Source of the DNA: an uncultured Verrucomicrobiota bacterium
Lineage (GTDB): Bacteria; Verrucomicrobiota; Verrucomicrobiia; Limisphaerales; AAA164-E04
NCBI GenBank assembly: GCA_964342825.1
Contig: CAYFHO010000006.1
Span: 62,267 to 126,266, forward strand
Reading direction: 5' to 3'
DNA length: 64,000 bases
The position numbers and the translations under genes were made by a program. Shown here in pieces: positions 56,266 to 64,000 of the stretch (position 1 is its first letter; the number at the start of each line of letters is the position of its first letter). The notes below the pieces were generated by a model. That model did no database searches. It was not told where the DNA came from and saw only the letters and a program-made list of their open reading frames with translations.

Positions 56266-59200
56266 TCATCTGGAAAACTCGCTTTCTTTGGTTTGAAATG
56301 GCGGGATTCCTCTTGAATCGGGATCCGCCTTCAACCAATCCACCCATCGTTGGAATGGCTTTTGCTCCGCTTTGAATGATGTAGATGGAGTTCTGCCTGT
56401 AACGGCTGAATCAGGCAAAAGCGCCAATGTATCTTCATTGGTCCAACGAGCGCCAATATGCGCTTCAATGGAATCGACAAACCAATCAGGAGCTTCGGCA
56501 TGAGACTGGATTTCAGGGCACATCCGCACCGAAACTTCCCCGGATCTGGAAATTGCAATCAAGCGATCGCCATCAGGATGAAACTGGACGACGTGATTCA
56601 CCCCCCCCATTAAGATCGGTTCCCATATTGGCAACTGGGTTTCAACATCCCAAACGCGAACGGCACCGTCTTCGTCGGAGGTCAGCAGCCTGTTTCCTTC
56701 GGGCGAGAATCGGACACCTAGAAACGCACAAACGCCCTGCATACCTCGTCCGACGGGCGCGCCGGTTCGACTGTTCCAAAGTCGAACGGTCCTATCGGCG
56801 CTGGAGGTCGCCAGGATGCTTCCGTCGGAACTCCATGAGGCATCCCGCAAGCGATCATCGTGCTGGATCTGAATCAAAAGCGCTCCTTCATCGACGTCCC
56901 AGAGACGCGCCATTCCGTCTTCGGAAACCGTTGCCAATCGGCCTCCATCGGGATCGAACAAGACCCTGGCTGCTCCGTTGGGATGGGCAAGCTCCCGCCG
57001 ATGAAGCAGTTCACCCTCCTCAACCAACCACAATCTCGTATCGCGATTGTAAGCACTGACTGCCAGACTCTCTCCGTCCGGACTGAAGGCGATACTGGAA
57101 ATTCGACCTAACCCATGGATGGGAGCGCATGCGCGATCGCCTGTGTCTGAATGCTGCAACTCAATTTTACCGCCAGCCGCTCCCGTCACCGCCCATTTTC
57201 CGTCCGGGCTAAAGGCACAGGCAGTGACTTGACCGTAGAACGTTACTTTACTTGGAATGGTTCTCCGGGTTTCGATGTCATATATGAAACTGTGTCCATT
57301 GGAACAACCCGCCAGGAGGCGCGGTGAATGTGGATGGAATGAAATCGTGGTGACAGGTGCCGGACATGGAATATCAGAAATAATCGACCTGCCAGTTACC
57401 AGATCAAGAACGCGAACTTTATCCGTCAGTCCTATGGCTGCGATCGCACCATCCGCATGGATCGCCGCGGAATAAACAGATCCGTCTGCCTTGAGGGAAA
57501 GTAGATCAGACGCATCTTTGCCTCCTACGCCCCAAAGCATGGCATGAGGCCTTGAGCCAAAAAGGGTGAGAAGCCGATCACCTTGGGGGCTGAAGCGGGC
57601 ATCTTCCAAATAGGATGGATGCCTGAGGTTATCGACCAATATATGCCCTGATCTTGTATCCCAGATATTTGCCATGGGCCCCATGCTTCCGACCAGCAAT
57701 TGGTTTCCTAGCGGTCCAAATCGAACCAGCAGGGGGTTGACATTCAATTCAAATTCTCGAGGAATCCATTCACCGCTGGATTTCCAAATCCGCGTTTTAC
57801 GGTCGCTTGAAACGGTGGCCAGGATAGGCTGGGCCGGACTGTATTCGACGTCAAACAAAGGGCTGCCATGGCGCAAACTGGTCACTATCTTGCGGACCTC
57901 ACGATCCCAAATCAAAACTTCACCCTGCCCGGACCTTGTGATGGCAAGAAATCGACCGTCCATGCTGAGGTCCAATCCGTCCACCGAAACGTCCTTTCCC
58001 CGAATTTCAACCAATTCCCCAGTCTCCGCATTCAGTTCAAAAATCCCTTCCGAGCGACTCCCCAAAATCATGCGTTCGAGGCCTGGAACCCAAAGCGCAT
58101 CAATCAATCGTGTTTTCAAATTCAAGAGATCGAACTTGGGTTCGGGATGAACCTGATTCCAAAGATGCACCCTGTTACCAATCGAGGCAAACATGAGATG
58201 CTTGGAAGAAGGGCTGTAACTCAACTGAGTGATCTGCCCAAATTCATTGAAATCCTTGACAATGACATTCCGGGTCTCCATGTCCCAAAAGCGCATCGTG
58301 CCGTCGTTATACCCCGCAGCAAGCACCGCGTCATCGGGCCGAATCGCTGCGTCCATGACCGCCCTGTCGTGGACGTATTCCCAGAGCATCTTGCCATCGA
58401 AACCATCCCACAACCGCACGGATCTTCCTTTGATGGAGGAAGTCAAGGCATGCCGACCGTCGGAAGTGAATTCGATACGATTCACCTTTTCGTCGTGCTC
58501 CAGTTGGGCGATGGGTCGTGCGGCTTGTCGCACAACCAATGCTGACATCAATCGGGACCAAACCAGATGGTTATCGGGATGGGATCGAAGCAAAGCCGTC
58601 AATTGAGCCGTACCGGAAGCGAAATCGTTGTCCAAAAGCTCCCGGTCCGCTCTCAAAAAGCGAGAACGGAATAACCTTTCGGCCAATTGCTTTCCGATCC
58701 GCTCGGCGGCCTCTCGGTGGCGGCGCTCAGCCATCTCGCTGAATTGTGCTTTGGCGGCCATCTCTTTAGCGATGGTTTCCTGGCTGCGTGCATAATCTCT
58801 TTCCAGCCTGAGTTCCTTGCGACTTAAGCCCTGAAAAACCACAAACGCCGCGCAAGCAATTACAAGGGTAATGCTCAGTGAGGCGACGACAGGACTGCGC
58901 TTGCCCCAATTCAAGCCCTGTTCCAGCAAGGTCAAATGACGTGCCTGTACTGGATCGCCCCGGAGCCATCGCTCCAGATCTTGAGCCAATTCCAGTGCAG
59001 ATCCATAGCGCTGAGAAGGATCAAGCCGCAAACATTTCATGCAAACAACGTCCAGGTCCCTCGGCACTTCACTCATCCGGGTCGAGGGCTGTCTGGGCTC
59101 CTCGCGATCAATTTGTCGCAACACTTCCAACTGCGAATCCCCCTCAAAAGGAGGCCGCCCTGTGAGTGTCCAGTAGAGCAATGCTCCCAGGCTGTAAACG

Positions 59201-59970
59201 TCAGAAGTGACGGATAATTCCTTAAAATCGCCCCTGGCCTGCTCTGGAGACATGAAAGATGGGGTTCCGAGAACTTCCCCGGTGATGGTCAAGCCATCCT
59301 CGACATCCATGCGCCGAGCCAATCCAAAATCGGTCACATAAGCGATGGAACCGGCTTCAATCAGGACGTTAGAAGGTTTGATGTCCCGATGCAGGTATCC
59401 GTGAGTGTGGGCGTGATGAATGGCATGGCAGACTGGGAGCAACATCCTGACCGATTGACGCATCAAAGCCTTCCATGCCGACGTGCGCTCCGTGGTTGAA
59501 AGACGCTCGATATCGCCGCGTTGCGCCACAAGCCATTCATCGAGTCCCTTGCCTTCCACCCATTTCATGGCAATAAACGGCTTGCCACCCCATCGGCCCA
59601 CGTCATAAATCGGTACGATGTTTGGATGTTCCAGCTGGGCGACCGCTTCAGCCTCCATACGGAATCGATCTCCTCGACTTCGATCCCAAGTCAGTGAACT
59701 CATCTGCACCTTGATGGCGACCGGCCGCTTGAGGTCTAGGTGCTCGGCATAATACACGAGCCCCATGCCTCCGCGAGCAATCAAATCACCGATTTTGTAA
59801 CCAGGCAGCGGCGTTTGAGCTTCTTTAGCTCCGGAATCAGTCTCTGAATTCAAAGCTCCGTAATCGTTGTCTCCAAACAAGCTGTTTACGGCGCATCGAG
59901 GACAGACGCTTTCTTCTTCCATGAGAGAGCTTCCGCACTTGGGACAAATGACTGCGCTGTTTTCTTTCAC
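56266..59970 (-). CDS. Ser/Thr protein kinase with N-terminal zinc ribbon, single TM and C-terminal multi-WD40 region (1234 aa)
   Basis: CPKCGSSLMEEESVCPRC; VAIKV, HRDIKPSNVLI, DFGLAR, SPEQ; TM SPVVASLSITLVIACAAFVVF. Many WD40-like units follow (FSPDGESLAVSAYNRDTRLW, FDPDGGRLATVSEDGMARLWDV, WSSDGSILATSSADRTVRLWN, FSPEGNRLLTSDEDGAVRVWDV). GTG start. Confidence 0.9.
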   Translation of the reverse strand: MKENSAVICPKCGSSLMEEESVCPRCAVNSLFGDNDYGALNSETDSGAKEAQTPLPGYKIGDLIARGGMGLVYYAEHLDLKRPVAIKVQMSSLTWDRSRGDRFRMEAEAVAQLEHPNIVPIYDVGRWGGKPFIAMKWVEGKGLDEWLVAQRGDIERLSTTERTSAWKALMRQSVRMLLPVCHAIHHAHTHGYLHRDIKPSNVLIEAGSIAYVTDFGLARRMDVEDGLTITGEVLGTPSFMSPEQARGDFKELSVTSDVYSLGALLYWTLTGRPPFEGDSQLEVLRQIDREEPRQPSTRMSEVPRDLDVVCMKCLRLDPSQRYGSALELAQDLERWLRGDPVQARHLTLLEQGLNWGKRSPVVASLSITLVIACAAFVVFQGLSRKELRLERDYARSQETIAKEMAAKAQFSEMAERRHREAAERIGKQLAERLFRSRFLRADRELLDNDFASGTAQLTALLRSHPDNHLVWSRLMSALVVRQAARPIAQLEHDEKVNRIEFTSDGRHALTSSIKGRSVRLWDGFDGKMLWEYVHDRAVMDAAIRPDDAVLAAGYNDGTMRFWDMETRNVIVKDFNEFGQITQLSYSPSSKHLMFASIGNRVHLWNQVHPEPKFDLLNLKTRLIDALWVPGLERMILGSRSEGIFELNAETGELVEIRGKDVSVDGLDLSMDGRFLAITRSGQGEVLIWDREVRKIVTSLRHGSPLFDVEYSPAQPILATVSSDRKTRIWKSSGEWIPREFELNVNPLLVRFGPLGNQLLVGSMGPMANIWDTRSGHILVDNLRHPSYLEDARFSPQGDRLLTLFGSRPHAMLWGVGGKDASDLLSLKADGSVYSAAIHADGAIAAIGLTDKVRVLDLVTGRSIISDIPCPAPVTTISFHPHSPRLLAGCSNGHSFIYDIETRRTIPSKVTFYGQVTACAFSPDGKWAVTGAAGGKIELQHSDTGDRACAPIHGLGRISSIAFSPDGESLAVSAYNRDTRLWLVEEGELLHRRELAHPNGAARVLFDPDGGRLATVSEDGMARLWDVDEGALLIQIQHDDRLRDASWSSDGSILATSSADRTVRLWNSRTGAPVGRGMQGVCAFLGVRFSPEGNRLLTSDEDGAVRVWDVETQLPIWEPILMGGVNHVVQFHPDGDRLIAISRSGEVSVRMCPEIQSHAEAPDWFVDSIEAHIGARWTNEDTLALLPDSAVTGRTPSTSFKAEQKPFQRWVDWLKADPDSRGIPPFQTKESEFSR

Positions 59971-60035
59971 CTGTTATTTCTATTCCCTTCGGCTTAGATG
60001 GTTTTCAATTCGGATGACCGATTAGGAAATGATCC

Positions 60036-60827
60036 TCAGGAGTTCAGTGATTGAACGATATGTTTGAGTTCTTGGTCCACAAGCCTGGGATCGTCCAAAG
60101 ATTCTGCCACAATCTCACGAAACAATTCCCGAAATCGGCGCCGCAGCCGGTGGACGGCGGACTTAACCCCAGCTTCGGAAAGCCCCAAATCAGAGGCGAC
60201 CTCGGCATACGCCAGGGCGCCGGGGTCTTCCAGAGCAAACCGCAAGGCTTCAAAGCGGTCCTGTTCATTGGAATCCCGGTATTCGTCCTGTAGCCGACTG
60301 AAGGTCGAATTCATCATCAACCGCGCCCAGTTACGATCAAACAAACGCTCCGGGGTGAGATCGTCCTGTGGTTCGTGGGCGTATCTACCCTCGGCTTCAT
60401 CCCATTCCATGGAGACATGTGAAACAGCACCCCCGCGCTTGATGCGCGTGGCGTCCCGGTGGTCCTTCAGGATGAAGTTTTTGAAGGAGGACAAAAGAAA
60501 TGTCCGAAATCGACCCAATTCAGGATTAGCCTTCTTGAAGGCGTCACCGGAAATAAGGAAGTGAAAGAAACCCTGAGTCAGATCCTTTGCATCTTCGTGG
60601 TTTTTGCCAAAGCGTCGAGCGAAAGCGTAAAGCGGATACCAATAGTTCCTGCATACCAATTCCAGAGCATGATCCGTTTGTGGCGAACAGGAATCCGCGG
60701 CCTGACGGACCATATTCCATTGAGTGGTCAAAAAGGCGGACGCAGGTCGCAATCCCTTTTGGCCAAGATCCTCATTTTCATGAGCATTGGTTTTTGACAC
60801 CCCTACACCCTTTGGTTGCTCCTCCAT
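60036..60827 (-). CDS. ECF-type sigma-70 family factor (263 aa, kinase-associated type)
   Basis: Region 2 reads YWYPLYAFARRFGKNHEDAKDLTQGFFHFL. Region 4 HTH reads YAEVASDLGLSEAGVKSAVHRLRRRF. Located 65 nt upstream of the kinase on the same strand. Confidence 0.85.
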   Translation of the reverse strand: MEEQPKGVGVSKTNAHENEDLGQKGLRPASAFLTTQWNMVRQAADSCSPQTDHALELVCRNYWYPLYAFARRFGKNHEDAKDLTQGFFHFLISGDAFKKANPELGRFRTFLLSSFKNFILKDHRDATRIKRGGAVSHVSMEWDEAEGRYAHEPQDDLTPERLFDRNWARLMMNSTFSRLQDEYRDSNEQDRFEALRFALEDPGALAYAEVASDLGLSEAGVKSAVHRLRRRFRELFREIVAESLDDPRLVDQELKHIVQSLNS

Positions 60828-61134
60828 GGTCTCAAATCATCAGTTATGGGGTCATTCTAGGGAATCTTTCTCTCATGATCAAGAAGGTGAATCGATGGCA
60901 AATTCGAAAGCCTTCAAAATAGGCACTCTCGTAAATGTGAAAAAATAAAAAAAATCAAAACCTTCACGATGTATCGGGATAGAAAAAAAGAGAACGGAAA
61001 ACCAAATAATACCAATACACATCGGTGGAATAAAAACCGGAACTGCCTGGAACCATTCTTAAACTTAACTTAAGAGCGGAAAAAACGGGATGGCAGTTAT
61101 GACTGAAAACAAAACATCTCTTAAAAAATACTAA

Positions 61135-62481
61135 ATGAAAAAAACAATCTTTCATTCAATCACTGCATCACTAGCCATTGCCGGACTATTTTCAGCATGG
61201 ACAGGCGCAGAAGCTCAAACAAGCGTGTTGTATATGACACAAAACTCTTCAGGGAACGTTCCCCGTGTAACCTTGGGATACAAAAGCGGGCAAGAAGTCC
61301 TGAACTATACCTGGGCCAGCGGTGGCGAACACCCCATCTATGTCGATGCCGCCGACCAGGAAATTCGACAGGCAAACTGGCGGACTACTAGAGGAAGCGG
61401 GATCGGGCATGGATATGACTTGTCTGGAAACCCGAATGGGAACACCTACACAATAAACTTGCCGGCCAATTCAGGGCATCAGGATGTCTATGACGTTGGT
61501 TTCGATGGCGAAAACGTGTATCTTGTCAATTTTGGAGGAACGGGTGGAGTATATATTGCTGACAAGAGCTATGGAAATGCATCCTTCTTGTTTCAAACTC
61601 CTTCAGGTGAACAAGGGATCACATTTGATACATCAAGCAACACCATCTGGACCGCCAACAGGTACTCCAACGTGATTACACAATGGGATCTGGCTGGTAA
61701 CGCGCTCACCAGTTTCCAGGATACACGCAAAGATGAGGAGGATAGACCTTTATCCGTCTTTGTCGCATTGGCTTACGATCCTGCTGATGACACAATATGG
61801 GTTTGGAACGATGGCTTTGGGACATTCGATCAATTTGATAAACAAGGCAATTTACTGGGAAGCATGTTTGTTTCAGTATGGCAGATCTCGGGGGCGGAAT
61901 TTGCCATAGGAACGGACTGTCAAACCTTGCTTTCACAAGCAGAAATCGAACTGGATACCGCGTTGGATGAAATCCTGAACCTGGACGTGCAAATTGAAAA
62001 CTTGGAGTCTCAAAACGTACACCTAAACGACGACTTGCAAGTCGCACAAAGTGATTTACTTGATACACAAAACAACCTGGTCCTTTGCCAGTCCGAACTT
62101 GTCTTGGCCCAGCAAAACCTCAGCCAGGCGCAAAACACAATCCAGGATCAAGTAACTCAAATAGGTGTTCTAACAACCGAAAACGGTGAATTATTGGATG
62201 AAAACAACACACTCCAAGCCCGGTTGGACGAATTTGAAATACCTCTTCAAATGCTTACAGATGCTCTGGCCGGACGGTTCAAAAACCCAGGCTTTACAAT
62301 CCCCGGGGAAAAACCAGCTGAGCAATTAACAGCACTGGTAAAAGCAATTATTGATTTAGAAAATGGGCCTCAAAAACGCCTTTATGAGAACCTGACTCAA
62401 ACTTCTAAGAAAAGGAAGAGTAAATCAAAATCAAAATCAGCATCGAGTTCAAAAAAGAACAATAAACAACGCAAAAGGTAA
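61135..62481 (+). CDS. secreted protein: beta-propeller-like N-domain, coiled coil, Lys/Ser-rich tail
   Basis: Signal peptide ..AGLFSAWTGAEAQ. Repeats of the type TIWTAN / TIWVWND, a heptad-rich LDxQIENLESQN..LVLAQQNLSQAQN segment, and the tail KKRKSKSKSKSASSSKKNNKQRKR. Confidence 0.65.
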   Translation: MKKTIFHSITASLAIAGLFSAWTGAEAQTSVLYMTQNSSGNVPRVTLGYKSGQEVLNYTWASGGEHPIYVDAADQEIRQANWRTTRGSGIGHGYDLSGNPNGNTYTINLPANSGHQDVYDVGFDGENVYLVNFGGTGGVYIADKSYGNASFLFQTPSGEQGITFDTSSNTIWTANRYSNVITQWDLAGNALTSFQDTRKDEEDRPLSVFVALAYDPADDTIWVWNDGFGTFDQFDKQGNLLGSMFVSVWQISGAEFAIGTDCQTLLSQAEIELDTALDEILNLDVQIENLESQNVHLNDDLQVAQSDLLDTQNNLVLCQSELVLAQQNLSQAQNTIQDQVTQIGVLTTENGELLDENNTLQARLDEFEIPLQMLTDALAGRFKNPGFTIPGEKPAEQLTALVKAIIDLENGPQKRLYENLTQTSKKRKSKSKSKSASSSKKNNKQRKR

Positions 62482-62526
62482 CCCATTGATCACGTTTTAA
62501 TACTTACAGTAGAGTAATCTAAGAAT

Positions 62527-62560
62527 AAAAGCTACTGCGTCATCATGCGCAGTAGCTTTT
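62527..62560. terminator. bidirectional rho-independent terminator between convergent genes
   Basis: Stem gctactgcg / cgcagtagc with an 8-nt loop, flanked by aaaa upstream and tttt downstream. Confidence 0.8.
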
Positions 62561-62615
62561 CATGCTGAAAAAATGACACCAAGAACCTGAAGGCTTTGGT
62601 TAAATGTTCTTTTCC

Positions 62616-63704
62616 TTAAAGTTTGCTGAGGCATTCATCTAGAACGGAATAGAGCTGATTCATCGTTTCCTCGGTTTCGTCGCCCATGTTGGAGAGGCGG
62701 AAAGTCGTTCCCTTTATTTTCCCATAGCCGCCATCAATAGCAATGCCCTGCTCTCGGACCAATTTTTGAAATTTCGCAACATCGATGATTCGTCCGCCGG
62801 ACTTGGCTCCGTTGTTGAGGCACGTCAAGGACTGAGATTCGAATCCCTTTTCAGGAAAAAGGCTAAACTCATTGGAAGCTGCCCATTCTCTTGTCATCTG
62901 GGAAAGTCGTTCGTGGCGGGCAAATCTCTGCCTCATTCCCTCTTCAAAAATATCCTCTAACTTTGATTCCAATGCATAAATGTGACCTATCGAGGGAGTA
63001 CTGGGAGTCATGTTACCGGCAGCATTTTGTTCGAATTCACAAAAATCGAAATAATATCCGCGATCTTGAACTTTCGAAGCCCTTTCCAGAGCGGCTTGGG
63101 ATATTACGAACAACCCCAAACCAGGGGGCATGGCCAATGCCTTTTGTGAGCCGGTTAACAAAACATCAATACCAAGATCATCAAAAGGAATGTCGACAAC
63201 CGAAAAACTGCTGACGGTGTCTACCACAAACATAACATCAGGATATTTATTTTTTAGCGAAGCTATGTCGGCCAATGGATTCATGACACCTGTAGATGTC
63301 TCATTATGGACCAGGGTCAAAGTATCAAATTCACCAGTGGATAATTTCTCATCTATCATTTCAGGAAGAATGGGAGATCCCCAATCGACCTTAAGAGTAT
63401 CGGCGTCCTTGCCGCATCGTTTGGACACGTCGTACCATTTGTCGGAAAATGCTCCGCACATGCAATTGAGGACCTTCTTTTGGACCAGGTTTCTCAGTGC
63501 TCCTTCCATCACTCCCCAAGCGGACGATGTACTCAAATAAACTAACCGTTGTGTTTGAAACAATTCCTGCAGCCTGGGTTGAATACGACCGTACAAATCC
63601 TTAAACTCTAGTCCACGGTGACCTATCATTGGAGTGGAAAATGCGCGAAATGTTTTTTCACTCACTTCAACAGGACCTGGAATATGTAATTTTAAATGTG
63701 ACAT
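62616..63704 (-). CDS. class-V PLP aminotransferase (serine-glyoxylate/alanine-glyoxylate/phosphoserine type)
   Basis: HIPGPVEVSEKT, LVHNETSTGV, and the SQKALAMPPGLG Schiff-base lysine motif. Start at the ATG at 63704. Confidence 0.85.
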   Translation of the reverse strand: MSHLKLHIPGPVEVSEKTFRAFSTPMIGHRGLEFKDLYGRIQPRLQELFQTQRLVYLSTSSAWGVMEGALRNLVQKKVLNCMCGAFSDKWYDVSKRCGKDADTLKVDWGSPILPEMIDEKLSTGEFDTLTLVHNETSTGVMNPLADIASLKNKYPDVMFVVDTVSSFSVVDIPFDDLGIDVLLTGSQKALAMPPGLGLFVISQAALERASKVQDRGYYFDFCEFEQNAAGNMTPSTPSIGHIYALESKLEDIFEEGMRQRFARHERLSQMTREWAASNEFSLFPEKGFESQSLTCLNNGAKSGGRIIDVAKFQKLVREQGIAIDGGYGKIKGTTFRLSNMGDETEETMNQLYSVLDECLSKL

Positions 63705-63705
63705 T

Positions 63706-64000
63706 TTATGATGCGACAGAAGTTTCTGAAATCTCTTTAACAAATTTGAGTTCTCGTTGATTAAAAGCTCTCCACTTGCCTGGTTTAAGATCATTAAGGA
63801 GAAAAGGTCCCATTTGAACTCGTATGAGACGAATCACCTTACCATTAAAGGCGTTGATCATTCTCCTTATTTCCCTGTTCTTTCCCTCATGCAGTGTAAG
63901 TTCCAAAAAGTAGATCCCTTTTTTTGAAGAAATAATGGTAGCAGAATCGGCTTTCAGAATTTCTCCATCATCCTTGATACCCTCATTGGTGATAGTTTTC
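63706..64000 (-). CDS. pseudouridine synthase, RsuA/RluB family, C-terminal part (N-terminus outside the window)
   Basis: LTLHEGKNREIRRM is the conserved C-terminal motif of this family. The reading frame stays open to the window end. Confidence 0.8.
   Translation of the reverse strand, partial: KTITNEGIKDDGEILKADSATIISSKKGIYFLELTLHEGKNREIRRMINAFNGKVIRLIRVQMGPFLLNDLKPGKWRAFNQRELKFVKEISETSVAS

Noticed and set aside
60964-61155. 63-aa minus-strand ORF in the sigma/secreted-protein divergent region. Similar short ORFs occur at 26846-27031 and 50426-50623.
   Set aside because: They sit in AT-rich promoter regions, have no motifs, and have odd composition.
1-64000. Mobile elements, prophage or a genomic island.
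   Set aside because: I saw no integrase, transposase, phage structural or tRNA-flank signatures in any frame. Accessory genes appear interleaved with housekeeping operons.

Overview
This is a 64 kb chromosomal segment that is densely coding. I found no rRNA, tRNA, CRISPR array, transposase or integrase. Several traits point to a Verrucomicrobiota-like genome, but this is inference only: H-X9-DG prepilin-like proteins with the [33 protein letters not shown]-terminus, an ECF sigma paired with a Ser/Thr kinase-WD40 protein, TAT-signal Gfo/Idh/MocA and esterase proteins, and LamG giant proteins.

Housekeeping blocks with classical synteny:
- ccsA-like then hemA
- ygfZ and PduO-type adenosyltransferase
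- M20 peptidase, queE, class-III aminotransferase, rsmA
- a very long pyruvate:ferredoxin oxidoreductase
- secA
- MTHFS and RNase Y
- Sua5, pgk, tpiA, secG
- dnaX, ybaB, recR

Accessory content worth a second look:
1. A standalone two-gene operon of mutually paralogous, strongly divergent thymidylate-kinase-fold proteins. One has Arg in place of the Walker-A Lys.
2. A minus-strand cluster (41.7-51.5 kb): LysR, prepilin-like protein, small lipoprotein, a 1146-aa LamG/Ig protein with a three-fold ~215-aa repeat, a beta-helix protein and a TAT alpha/beta hydrolase.
3. A 2014-aa thioester-containing alpha-2-macroglobulin with a perfect 15-bp tandem repeat (GGLGG units) where a bait region is expected.
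4. A perfect 24-bp inverted repeat (69-nt spacer) in the divergent A2M/sua5 promoter region.
5. Two unrelated His-rich exported proteins.
6. An ECF sigma factor followed by a zinc-ribbon/kinase/TM/WD40 protein.

All functional calls rest on motif recognition by eye in the supplied translations. No database search was run.
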